A stretch of DNA of 64,000 nucleotides, taken from NCBI GenBank assembly GCA_964467385.1, contig CAYXQC010000002.1, positions 65,625-129,624 of the forward strand, written 5' to 3'. The notes beneath the pieces are model-generated. The model saw nothing but the letters and a program-made list of their open reading frames with translations. It did not search any database and was not told the origin of the DNA. Made by a program: the position numbers and the translations under genes. Below, piece by piece: positions 9,180-18,767 of the stretch (its first letter is position 1; every line of letters begins with the position of its first letter). This stretch comes from an uncultured Candidatus Saccharibacteria bacterium (GTDB taxonomy: Bacteria; Patescibacteriota; Minisyncoccia; Phycocordibacterales; CAIZLB01).

Positions 9180-10358
9180 TTATTGATTTGCTGAATATAC
9201 TAGATTCAGTCCAGAAATTGATTTTTGGAGAATGTGCGTTGGATTTTTTACAATCACTCCAATGCTAACAAGCGCATCTTTAAGTTCTTTTCTTTTGAAT
9301 ACTACAGAATCTTGATAGTCTGGGAGCGCAATTTGGTTGTTGCCAAGTGACCATTCGTATTGCAGGTCGCTCGATCGGCTTGGTGTACTAAAGAAATAAG
9401 GGAAAGCCGAAATCTCCACGTCTCTACCTTTCACTGCATAGTCGTTTCGAAGCGCTTTGTTAAAGATGATTCCGTAGAGTGGATTATTTTCATATAGAAG
9501 TGTTTGTGGGAAAACGTGAGAAATAGTAAATCCATTTAAACCCTTATAATTAGGGTCTTTTGCTGCATATACCTCGGCTTGGATAAGGGTTGGTTTTAGG
9601 AGAATTGAACCTGTGAAATTATAAGAATTTTTACCAAAACCTGAATTGTCACCGTCAACTTCCCTATCAATTTTCCAGTTATAAATAATATTGCTCGAAT
9701 CAACCCTTTTTCCGTTCATTACAATGTTCGGCATTGCGACAAATGTAACATTTGATTCTGGTGTAAAAAGTGCCTTACCTTTGTAAAAAGGTGGTGTATA
9801 TGTATTTGCCTGCCAGAGAATATCAACGTCTACTGGTGCGAATGTGAATGTTTTTACAATATCAGGTGCATTTTTTGGAGAAATAGTTACTCGTACTATA
9901 TTTGTCGTACCAGCTTCTCCTGCTACAAATGAAAATGTTTTCTTCCCAATACCTCGAAGGCTGGTTTTTCCATCAACTGTCCATGTGATAAGTTCTTTGT
10001 TGAGATCGATTCCGTATGTCTCTACAGAAATATCCACAGTTTCTCCAGGTTGTGGAATTTCAGGACTTACTTCTGCATATACTTCTTCTTTGATCTGAGG
10101 TAGTTTTCCAGTGAAAGGGATACTGTTGTCACTGACTGTTCCATCGGCATTGTATATAGGATCACTTGTGTTTGATCCGTTACCATACGCATCTGCTTGT
10201 GCATCGTTGTTATAAAAAACAGGAGTTACTTGAGCGGAAACCACAGGGGATATTGCAACCTGAAGAGATAATAAAGAAAAAATAAATAAAAACACAACCA
10301 CACTTGATATTTTTCTGATATTTTTTTTAGACCAACTAAGCGTTTTCTGCATACTCAA
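9180..10358 (-). CDS. Secreted protein with tandem Ig/PKD-like beta domains
   Basis: Signal peptide; SPEIPQPGETVDISV, ITWTVDG, YNWKID, YEWSL beta-sandwich repeats. Confidence 0.6.
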   Translation of the reverse strand: MSMQKTLSWSKKNIRKISSVVVFLFIFSLLSLQVAISPVVSAQVTPVFYNNDAQADAYGNGSNTSDPIYNADGTVSDNSIPFTGKLPQIKEEVYAEVSPEIPQPGETVDISVETYGIDLNKELITWTVDGKTSLRGIGKKTFSFVAGEAGTTNIVRVTISPKNAPDIVKTFTFAPVDVDILWQANTYTPPFYKGKALFTPESNVTFVAMPNIVMNGKRVDSSNIIYNWKIDREVDGDNSGFGKNSYNFTGSILLKPTLIQAEVYAAKDPNYKGLNGFTISHVFPQTLLYENNPLYGIIFNKALRNDYAVKGRDVEISAFPYFFSTPSRSSDLQYEWSLGNNQIALPDYQDSVVFKRKELKDALVSIGVIVKNPTHILQKSISGLNLVYSANQ

Positions 10359-10387
10359 TACAGTATATCAAACATTGTGTACAAGCA

Positions 10388-10915
10388 TTATGCGTAAGGT
10401 GTTCCTGAATGAATAATCTTGTTTATTTTAGGGTGTTGTATTAGATAAATCGATCGAGTGTAGAATGGTATGATGTTTATATAAGGTATCATTTCACCAA
10501 AAATAAATTTGAATGCCTTCCAGAATTCAGCATCTGTGACGCCTCGTCTAATACACATAATATAGAGATTAAATACAGCAGCAGGAACTATTATGCAAAA
10601 GTTAATGACCCAGCCAACTATTGGGACAAGACCTACTAGAAACCCTGCAATATCCCAAAATACCGCCATTCCATATACTGCAGTAAAATTTTTACTTTGA
10701 ATATTTGTACTAGACCCATCATTCCCTCGAGACTTATTTATCATCCTCATATTTGGGTTCGGAGACCAGGTTTTTGGTCTTTTTCCAGCACGCAATGCAA
10801 ATTGTTGCTGTTTTTCGGTAATGGTCTGAAGTCTCTCTTCTTCTAGGTAAGTATTTTCACCATCCAGATTTGGTGCTGGCCTAGGATTGTTTGGTCTTAT
10901 AGATAGCGTATCCAT
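10388..10915 (-). CDS. Small integral membrane protein (T4SS-like locus)
   Basis: Hydrophobic segments WDIAGFLVGLVPIVGW and EMIPYINIIPFYT. Confidence 0.55.
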   Translation of the reverse strand: MDTLSIRPNNPRPAPNLDGENTYLEEERLQTITEKQQQFALRAGKRPKTWSPNPNMRMINKSRGNDGSSTNIQSKNFTAVYGMAVFWDIAGFLVGLVPIVGWVINFCIIVPAAVFNLYIMCIRRGVTDAEFWKAFKFIFGEMIPYINIIPFYTRSIYLIQHPKINKIIHSGTPYA

Positions 10916-10933
10916 CGTATCTCTATACTATCA

Positions 10934-12928
10934 TTAATTTCCGTTCGGTCGTGTTTTTGTGAGGCCGGAAGGTGTTACATTTGCTGATGGTGTGCCGATG
11001 TTATTTATACTTATATCGCTAATGCTCACCTTCTCTTCTCCTGTAGCCCCTAGTGCACTATTCATAAAATTTGTGCTGGCACTAATGTTCTGTGAAAACT
11101 CTGTTTCTCCTCCAAGACCTCGATTGGCAAGATCTGCCTTGGCTTTTTTCATATTAATCACTTGTGACGGTGCTGATGTAATGATCTGATCTTCTGTGTA
11201 TGATGCGATTACTTTAATAGCTACATGTTTTAGTCCGGCAAAGAAAATTCCCTCTCCTACATCTGACTCGAGCAAGAGATATTTTTCCTCATCGGTAAGA
11301 TTGAAGGTTTTTTGTACTACGTCGATAGATGACGGTGACTGCTTCAACAAAAGCTGAATAGAAGAGTTTGTGATAATTGGTAAGCCGTATGGTGATTTGA
11401 GGAAGTCCTCAACGTCTTGTGTAATTGTGGCTACACCGAGGTAGTATTTTCGGCCTCGTTTTGCCAAACTGTAGAGGAATGAAGCTGTATCTTCGGATTT
11501 CATCATCCACCATGCCTCGTCGATAACCATAAGTCTTTTTTTCAACTCTTTTCGGATCTGATTCCAGATGAAGTGCATTACGATGTACATCGCTACAGGT
11601 TTCAATTCATCTTCCATGTCTCGAAGTGAGAATACTACGAACTTTTTGTTGATATCAACGTTTGATGGTCTGTTGATGAATCCAGCCCAAGAACCTTTTG
11701 TATATTTTGTAAGTCTCTGTACAAGTGACTCCCCTCCTTCCATACCTGCAAGCACAAGCTCGAAGTCGGACATAAGTGGCGGTTCAACAGCTGCAAAGTT
11801 TGATTCGGGTGTAATATCCTTGAGTGCGTAGGTTTCAGTAATTGCTCGGTCAATAATCGCATCTTCTTCAGGGCTAAGACCTCCGAGCATGATTCGGAAA
11901 AGCCCTACGAGGTTGATGATGTTTGATCGAAGTACATCGGCGTTTGACTCATCTTCTCGTGCTGCTGGGAGATCGAATGGGTTGATATGGTGTTCGGAGC
12001 TGAGGGATATATTGAAAAATCGCCCACCGGTTGTTTCGGCAAGATATTCATATTCTCGTTCAGGGTCGAGTACGATTACGTCAGTATCGAACATCATTGA
12101 ACGCAAGATCTCGAGTTTTGTTGTATATGATTTACCAGAACCTGACTTTGCAAATGTGATTGAGTTGTAGTTTTCAAGTGAGAATCGGTCAAAAAGAATA
12201 AGTGAAGAGTTGTGTCGGTTAATTCCGTACAAAATACCCTTGTCTGATGTGAGGTCGAATGAAATGAATGGAAAAACGCTTGAAAGAGGTGCAGAGTTGA
12301 GCTTTGAGTGAATATTGAGCTGGTCATCTGCGATAGGAAGAACACTCTTATAGCCTTGTTCTTGCTGGAAAAGGGCTGGCTTTAAGTATACAAGGCTGGC
12401 TTCGAGGATTGATTTTACTTCTGACTCGATCTTATCAAGTTCACTTTCATTGTCACCATAGATAGATATGTAAAGTCCTACATCGAAAATCTTTTCCTGT
12501 GCCTGTTGAAGGTTATCTCGTAGTGCTTCAAGGTCTTGGTACGCGGTGTCAAGAACAGGGTCTCGTACAAGTCCCTTTTCTTCTCGAAGGTGAATCTGGC
12601 TCTGCACTTCTGCTACTTTTTTCTGGAATGTTCGAAGTACTGATGCTGTATCGATTGGGTGCACGAAGATGGAAATATCGAAAATCTTGTCGAGGTTGAT
12701 GATTGGGGCAAACCAGCTCGCTGAAAGGAATCGAGGATATGAAATTACAAAGAAAGTTCGGACAAGTTTGTCGCCAAGATTTAGTGCACGAGGGCTAATT
12801 TTGAGCGCAGAAGGGGCAATAATGTCTTGGAGTTCCAAAACACCAGACTGGTAAATCTCCTGCGGCAAAATAGACGCAATCGGGTCAGCCTTCTTTTGTG
12901 TTGGTTTTAAAAAGTCGAAGATTCCCAT
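10934..12928 (-). CDS. virB4: VirB4/TrsE-like type IV secretion ATPase
   Basis: Walker A AKSGSGKS, LDPEREY, INPFD, Walker B MVIDEAW, RGRKY...ITQ. Confidence 0.92.
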   Translation of the reverse strand: MGIFDFLKPTQKKADPIASILPQEIYQSGVLELQDIIAPSALKISPRALNLGDKLVRTFFVISYPRFLSASWFAPIINLDKIFDISIFVHPIDTASVLRTFQKKVAEVQSQIHLREEKGLVRDPVLDTAYQDLEALRDNLQQAQEKIFDVGLYISIYGDNESELDKIESEVKSILEASLVYLKPALFQQEQGYKSVLPIADDQLNIHSKLNSAPLSSVFPFISFDLTSDKGILYGINRHNSSLILFDRFSLENYNSITFAKSGSGKSYTTKLEILRSMMFDTDVIVLDPEREYEYLAETTGGRFFNISLSSEHHINPFDLPAAREDESNADVLRSNIINLVGLFRIMLGGLSPEEDAIIDRAITETYALKDITPESNFAAVEPPLMSDFELVLAGMEGGESLVQRLTKYTKGSWAGFINRPSNVDINKKFVVFSLRDMEDELKPVAMYIVMHFIWNQIRKELKKRLMVIDEAWWMMKSEDTASFLYSLAKRGRKYYLGVATITQDVEDFLKSPYGLPIITNSSIQLLLKQSPSSIDVVQKTFNLTDEEKYLLLESDVGEGIFFAGLKHVAIKVIASYTEDQIITSAPSQVINMKKAKADLANRGLGGETEFSQNISASTNFMNSALGATGEEKVSISDISINNIGTPSANVTPSGLTKTRPNGN

Positions 12929-12943
12929 GGTGGTGCGTTATTG

Positions 12944-13591
12944 TTACTGTTGATTAAGGTGAATAGGTTTCTCGATATCGCCTGGATTGAATGTTTTGTA
13001 GAAAAGTTCGATCAATTCTTCTGTTCCTAGGTGAGCGATTCGGATTCCACATCGGACAAGTCCTTGTTCTACCACTTCCATTCGCTGCTGAAGTTGGCTC
13101 TTTGTCTCTTCGAAGGTTGCAGTGTCTTCAGCAGCTTTGGTCTTTTTGTCTTTGTTACCAAGAAAAGTGTTTTTAAGTGCGTTTGTGCCTCCGATAACTG
13201 GCGCTGAGTATGGGATAACAATAAAGAAGCTCTTGGTCATAATGCTTGTTGACTCAGTGAAACTTCGGATGAATTCGATATATTCTCGAGTCTGCATTTT
13301 CATCAAATCCCCTACTTGATCTTTAAGTCGCTCCTCTAAAAGGGCTATGTAAGGTCGTATATCAAGTCTTCGTGACTGTGTATAGATCTGAACTGAGAAG
13401 TTTATTGAGTTTAGAAAATTTTGAAATTGAAAAATGATAGATTGCTGCTCCTCGCCTGATTTGAGGGCGAAGTTCAATGATGATGCAAGAAGAATTGCAC
13501 GAAGTGAACCATCTTTGAGTACAATAACACCGTCTCTAATTTCTTTAATAGGAACAAATGCTTGTGTAGGTCTTGCATCGATGGTCGCCAT
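12944..13591 (-). CDS. TrsD/TraC-like VirB4-associated protein
   Basis: IRDGVIVLKDGSLRAIL...NFALKSGEEQ...FLNSINFSVQI; lies between prgI and virB4. Confidence 0.7.
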   Translation of the reverse strand: MATIDARPTQAFVPIKEIRDGVIVLKDGSLRAILLASSLNFALKSGEEQQSIIFQFQNFLNSINFSVQIYTQSRRLDIRPYIALLEERLKDQVGDLMKMQTREYIEFIRSFTESTSIMTKSFFIVIPYSAPVIGGTNALKNTFLGNKDKKTKAAEDTATFEETKSQLQQRMEVVEQGLVRCGIRIAHLGTEELIELFYKTFNPGDIEKPIHLNQQ

Positions 13592-13696
13592 AGATGCAAT
13601 TATAGCAGATATTTTTTACACATGCTTTTTCTGTGGGTTGTTTGTGTTTTAAAAATGGAGGCGCACCATATCTTTAGAAAAATTTGAGCGAAAAAT

Positions 13697-14164
13697 CTAA
13701 AAAGGTCTCTGTATTGGCGCATCTTTTCTACTCTCAAGTTTTCCAGATTCACGAGAATAAATAGTTTCGTTGATATCAAGGCTCCATGCGAGATCTTTTA
13801 GATGGCTCTCAGATAGTTTTGGTACGGTCACAGAGGTTTTTGTTAGTTGAAGTGCCTCACTGATACTTTTAGGTGCGATTTTTTTATCAACTTTTTTCCA
13901 AATGTAGAGTTTCTGTGTAAGTGCATAGTTAAAGGCTGACTCGATCATCTCTATAAAAGGACGATTATTTGGTCGATACATAGAAAGAAGACCTGCAAAT
14001 AGTGCACAAGGAATCATAACTATGATCGCCCAGAAAAACGGAAGCATTCGGTACGCAATGAAGCAGAGTCCTGCCCCACCAGCTATGTACACGAACTGTT
14101 TAAACGTAAATGGGCCAAAAATCTTATCTTCTACCTCGATGAATTGTGGAACTTGATAGCGCAT
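13697..14164 (-). CDS. PrgI family (VirB3-like) membrane protein
   Basis: VPQFIEVEDKIFGPFTFKQF followed by two TM helices. Confidence 0.85.
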   Translation of the reverse strand: MRYQVPQFIEVEDKIFGPFTFKQFVYIAGGAGLCFIAYRMLPFFWAIIVMIPCALFAGLLSMYRPNNRPFIEMIESAFNYALTQKLYIWKKVDKKIAPKSISEALQLTKTSVTVPKLSESHLKDLAWSLDINETIYSRESGKLESRKDAPIQRPF

Positions 14165-14206
14165 CGTTTATTGTGCATTGTGCGCAAGTGTTGCGCGAAA
14201 TTGTGA

Positions 14207-14533
14207 TTATATTGTACCACCCTCTTGAATCATTCGCATATTTTCTTGAATTGGTCGGAGGATTTTTCTGTTTACATCCATGACGAGCTCACCTGCTCTT
14301 GTTGGATCCAATCGGAGTTCCTTCTCTACTTTCTCGAGCATGCTCCCTCCTTCAAAGGTACCAAATACAACCTCGGCAATTATTGATTCTAAAGTAGCAG
14401 CTTGATCAATGTGCAGTTTGTAAACAGTATGAATTTCTTTTAACACCTGATCATAGTTGAATTTTCTAATGGCTTGTTTTGCATCTTCTGGGAGTTTTTC
14501 AAACCCTTCCCTTGATTCTATTGAGTTTGTCAT
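14207..14533 (-). CDS. Small helical hypothetical protein
   Basis: 108 aa with its own -10 box (TATACT) 6 nt upstream. Confidence 0.6.
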   Translation of the reverse strand: MTNSIESREGFEKLPEDAKQAIRKFNYDQVLKEIHTVYKLHIDQAATLESIIAEVVFGTFEGGSMLEKVEKELRLDPTRAGELVMDVNRKILRPIQENMRMIQEGGTI

Positions 14534-14571
14534 GGGTATAGTATACAGGAAACTGTGGAAAGCTGGACTAT

Positions 14572-15315
14572 CTAGAGTACTGGTTCTCTGTAAGGATCAG
14601 TTTTTTTAGGTACAAACACCTCTTTTGGAATAGAAGCTGAAGGGGTTGTGAGTTTTGCATCTAGTTTCTGAACTATGTTTTCAGCTGGGTTTGTGTGTGG
14701 TTTGTTTGAGAAACCTATCTCAAGGGCTGGTTTGATCGAGGTGCTGATATTGTTTGTTGTGTTTTGTGCGATGGATGCTGTTGGTGTTGTAGGGTTTTGT
14801 ATGCCCTGTGCTGGTTTATTTCCAGGGATTGTTAGATTTGATGGGGTTGGGTTTTCGATTTCGCTTAGGATGTCGTGGTGAGAGAGTGGTTCGGGGGTGG
14901 TTTTTTCTTGTGCCATGTCAATATCTCTTTTGCTACTGTACGCCGCGTTTGGCTGATCAGGATCCGTTACAGGGTACTGAATTTCTCGAAGTAATTTATC
15001 AGGTAAACAAGTTGAATAAAAACCTTCAATAACAGGATCAGTTTCCTCCTCGTTTAGGTTGAGGGTTTCTATTATCGAACTAATAAAATCTTCTTCAGAT
15101 ATGAGTCCTAGTAAAAACTGTGACGTTTTTCCTCGAATAATATCGATTAACAGTTGTTTGTCTTTTGTATTTGGTCTACATCGATCAATGAAAGCCAAAA
15201 AGTTAATATTTGAATATATTTTTAAGATAAATTCTTGGATGTTTTTTGAGCTCCTCTCTAAGTTTTTTTGGTATATTTGTGTGTCGATGATATTCATTTG
15301 TGTTTTTTGAAACAA
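14572..15315 (-). CDS. Hypothetical protein with a helical N-domain, a Pro/Thr-rich disordered tail and terminal DPYREP motif
   Basis: 247 aa, co-oriented within the T4SS-like locus. Confidence 0.55.
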   Translation of the reverse strand: MFQKTQMNIIDTQIYQKNLERSSKNIQEFILKIYSNINFLAFIDRCRPNTKDKQLLIDIIRGKTSQFLLGLISEEDFISSIIETLNLNEEETDPVIEGFYSTCLPDKLLREIQYPVTDPDQPNAAYSSKRDIDMAQEKTTPEPLSHHDILSEIENPTPSNLTIPGNKPAQGIQNPTTPTASIAQNTTNNISTSIKPALEIGFSNKPHTNPAENIVQKLDAKLTTPSASIPKEVFVPKKTDPYREPVL

Positions 15316-15325
15316 GGTCCAGTGG

Positions 15326-17353
15326 CTACTTATCTTTACTTTCAGATCTTTCTATTCTGTCCAATTTATCAACAGTGTCTTCGTAGCCTTTAATTATAGC
15401 CTGCTGATCACTTTTCATTCCACGAAGTGAACTTTCAAGTGAGTTTAATGCATTCATCTCAGCAGCTTGATGCTTAGGATCGAGACCTACCATTCTTTTA
15501 TGAGTGTCAGCGATTTGTTCATCGATTTTGCTTATACGCTCTTGTGCCTTTTCATAGTTTTCTTTTGAGAATTTACCACCGGCAATACCTTTATCTTTAT
15601 TTGCATCCTGAATAAGAGCTTCAAGAGCCTCCTTGTTTTTTGGTGCACTAGATTTTTTCTTGGCTTTTGATAAGGCGGTTTTACTTGCATAGCTAAAAGT
15701 CGTACCTTTCAAATATCTTTTCTCAGCTTCTTTACCCGCAGGACCTTTTAATGCACCCTCAATCAAATTACCTCTCTCTGAGTACATTTTTGTTTTATCT
15801 TTCACTACATCATTAAAGCTTTTATTGTTACCATCTGGTCCAATTTTGAGATCTTTCAGTTTCTTACCTCTCTGCATAAGTGCAGCTGCGCCCAAACCAC
15901 CGAAAGGTAATCTCGCAGCTGCACCTGCCAAAGCTTTATTTTCAGATAAGAATGTACCAAGTCCACCAGCTGTATTTCTGGTTATACTTAAAGCAGCATT
16001 TGCTCCACTGAAAGTCATACCCAGGCTCTTTGCCCAACCTTTCCCTCTTTTTTCCCATTCCTTCGCACCATAAGCTCCAAAACTTGATGCAATTATTAGG
16101 CAACCAAGCATCATGGCAATTAAAATGGCGAATGTCATAACAGCGCCAATCATGTTTGTGCTTCCTGCGAACATGTCTATAAATGTTCCTGTGTATTTCT
16201 TTCCATCGATGGTTACACCACTAAATGTTCCACTTGGGTTTTTTCCAATCATACTAATTACTAGATATAACAAGGCCATGTATGCTGGTGCAAAAAGCAA
16301 ATTATTTTTCAGTTTTGACCACCATTTACCTGACTCGCTACCAACAGCAGGAAGTATGTCACCGAGAACAGCCACAGGTGAAAGGATCATTAAGAAAATA
16401 AGTTCGACTGTGCGCACTAACATCATTAATGCTCCTGCAAAAAAGACAAGCGCGGTGATGAGTACTAGAACAATTCCGCCAATACTTGCAATCAATAGGT
16501 TTGTTGAATTAAGTCCAAGTTTAGAAGCCTCACCTATTCCGAGTGATGATGCACCGCCGTTAGCTGTTTCACCAGCTGCTTGACCTCCGATACTAAAAAT
16601 TTTATCCATTCCTAATGCCTTCGTGAACGCTGCTGATATTCCCGAGTCTAGATCATTTGCATTTGCGCCTCCGGTTGTGTTCTGTGCTACGTTTATTATT
16701 TTGTGATAAAACTGAAGCGCCATAATATTTGAAGCATCGATTGCTACTTGCGTAAAAAACAGACTAAAGTTTATAAGCATCGCTCCTGCTACAACTTTGA
16801 TAAGCTTTTGCTTCGAATTAAAACCTCCATGATTGATTATGATACTGATTCCTATATACAAAATTACAAAAATAAAACAGAGATTGGCAATATCTCGGAA
16901 GGTTGACCAGCCAAGTGCAACGATAGGGATATCGTTCACAACACTTGCCATATTTAAAGAGTAATTGATAACAGCATTGAAAAAGATGGCAGCAACCCAT
17001 AAAACCCAAGAACATAGTCCGAGAATAGAGAAGGTCACTATGGAAATACAAGCAGGAATATCAAAACCCTCGTTCCATTTAAAACATGAGATTTCACTAT
17101 TTGAAGCACTTGCGGTTTGTTGCTGTTGCTGAGAATTAGCTGCATCATTGGGTCCCTTTCCTGCAACGGTTGCCTGTTTTGTAGCGTACGCAGCATTTGA
17201 ATTTGCTGATGCATTAGGATCTCTCGTTCGTGCTTGCCCAGTGGGTGCCGCTGTCTCAGCCTCAACCTTCTCAACAGGAAAAAAACCGCCCGCACAAATC
17301 GCAAAAAGCGTAACAAGAAGAATTATTTTCCGATAAAAATAACTTCCAGTCAT
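15326..17353 (-). CDS. VirB6/TrbL-like polytopic membrane protein with a charged C-terminal tail
   Basis: GWSTFRDIANL, LINFSLFFTQVAIDASN, RTVELIFLMILSPVA, WWSKL; multiple TMs. Confidence 0.78.
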   Translation of the reverse strand: MTGSYFYRKIILLVTLFAICAGGFFPVEKVEAETAAPTGQARTRDPNASANSNAAYATKQATVAGKGPNDAANSQQQQQTASASNSEISCFKWNEGFDIPACISIVTFSILGLCSWVLWVAAIFFNAVINYSLNMASVVNDIPIVALGWSTFRDIANLCFIFVILYIGISIIINHGGFNSKQKLIKVVAGAMLINFSLFFTQVAIDASNIMALQFYHKIINVAQNTTGGANANDLDSGISAAFTKALGMDKIFSIGGQAAGETANGGASSLGIGEASKLGLNSTNLLIASIGGIVLVLITALVFFAGALMMLVRTVELIFLMILSPVAVLGDILPAVGSESGKWWSKLKNNLLFAPAYMALLYLVISMIGKNPSGTFSGVTIDGKKYTGTFIDMFAGSTNMIGAVMTFAILIAMMLGCLIIASSFGAYGAKEWEKRGKGWAKSLGMTFSGANAALSITRNTAGGLGTFLSENKALAGAAARLPFGGLGAAALMQRGKKLKDLKIGPDGNNKSFNDVVKDKTKMYSERGNLIEGALKGPAGKEAEKRYLKGTTFSYASKTALSKAKKKSSAPKNKEALEALIQDANKDKGIAGGKFSKENYEKAQERISKIDEQIADTHKRMVGLDPKHQAAEMNALNSLESSLRGMKSDQQAIIKGYEDTVDKLDRIERSESKDK

Positions 17354-17440
17354 TTATTTTCTAAATTATACACCATGCGCATAATAAATAGCTATATGTT
17401 TCCCACAATTAGCCTTATTTCTTAAAATATTTTTACAATC

Positions 17441-18697
17441 TTATTGTTGTGCCTTTTCGAGTACCGTATTGAGTGCTTTTTTGATAAGAGAGTTTACAAG
17501 TTTTGTGATGATCTGATCAATTTTCTCAGCTGTAACAAGTCTCTGCTTTGGAATATTGAGAGTTTGTTCAAGAGATGACATGATCAAAGAACCTGGAGTA
17601 TATGTTTTACAGCTCCGAGTGTCACCTTTTTTGGCTGCAACATTGTCCTCACATCTTTTGAAGTTTAACCAGCCACTGTTGTTGTTAAGTTCGAATTTGG
17701 CAGTCTCTTGCTTGCCTGTGGCTTGTGCGGCGATGTACTTTCCTGCGTTTAGATATGTTCCCCAAACATTGTTTTGGTTGAATCGTGTGTTGTTCCAATC
17801 GCTCCAAAATCCTGCATTTCCTCCTGTTCCACCTGCCTGTTGCTGTGGTGACATGCTACATGCGATCTGTGCTGCCTGACCGGGATTTCCATACTGACTA
17901 TTGCTATAGGATTCTGATAGAGCTATCGCTACATCGGTCCGGTACTGAGGACACACATTTGAGCCGTTATTGTTGTAGGCGATACCAGAGATATATTGGC
18001 TCTGAATCTTGTCAGCGAGCCCTCTAAAGAAGTTCTCAGGGTTTTCTATGAAGGCAGGGTTACCTTTAAAGCCTGTTTTTGCCCACGCAATAGTTGCATT
18101 TGCTACATATTCGATAATTCCGTTCACGATACAATAGGCAATACCGTTAAAGCTGGCGCCGAAAGGCACACCGAGGATCTGCTGAAAAGCGTTCACTGAA
18201 GTGTCAGCTTCGGTTGCCGCTCTAGTTGAAGCCAAGTTGTCATTTTTGGCCTCTGAAACGATAGGTACATACTTCTGGGATTCGAGAGCTGAGCCTGCGG
18301 CCTTGCTTACGAGGGATTTGAGGCCTGAAGTTAGGGCTTGTCCGAGAAGTCCGCTTGCTGAACATCCGACCGCATCAGATGCAGCAGCTCCGGCTCCACC
18401 CGCTGTGCTACCACTTGACCCTGATGTGTCACTGTTATATGCCTCAGCCTGAGCATCGACTGTGCCTCCGAACCCTGCATTTGCCTGTGCAGCACCTCCT
18501 CCTCCGGCTGATCCTGTTGCAGTTGCTTGAACTTGCGATCCTGCCAGCGCTTGACCTAGAGTCTGTTCTCCTGGTGTTGTACCTGTATATGGAGTGTTTA
18601 CACTAGATGCATAACTAGTTACTGGTATAGAAAAGAGTACAAGAGCACTTACTATTGTAGATGAAATGAGTCTATTTAGATTCGGATAATTTATCAT
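17441..18697 (-). CDS. Secreted Cys-containing protein, possibly VirB5-like or a pilus-associated subunit
   Basis: Signal peptide, Gly/Ala-rich linker, helical body with several Cys; immediately upstream of the VirB6-like gene. Confidence 0.5.
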   Translation of the reverse strand: MINYPNLNRLISSTIVSALVLFSIPVTSYASSVNTPYTGTTPGEQTLGQALAGSQVQATATGSAGGGGAAQANAGFGGTVDAQAEAYNSDTSGSSGSTAGGAGAAASDAVGCSASGLLGQALTSGLKSLVSKAAGSALESQKYVPIVSEAKNDNLASTRAATEADTSVNAFQQILGVPFGASFNGIAYCIVNGIIEYVANATIAWAKTGFKGNPAFIENPENFFRGLADKIQSQYISGIAYNNNGSNVCPQYRTDVAIALSESYSNSQYGNPGQAAQIACSMSPQQQAGGTGGNAGFWSDWNNTRFNQNNVWGTYLNAGKYIAAQATGKQETAKFELNNNSGWLNFKRCEDNVAAKKGDTRSCKTYTPGSLIMSSLEQTLNIPKQRLVTAEKIDQIITKLVNSLIKKALNTVLEKAQQ

Positions 18698-18767
18698 GAT
18701 TACAATTCTCTTTAACTTACTTAACCTTAATTGAAATTTGATTCAAAACACTGGCTGTATCGAATCT

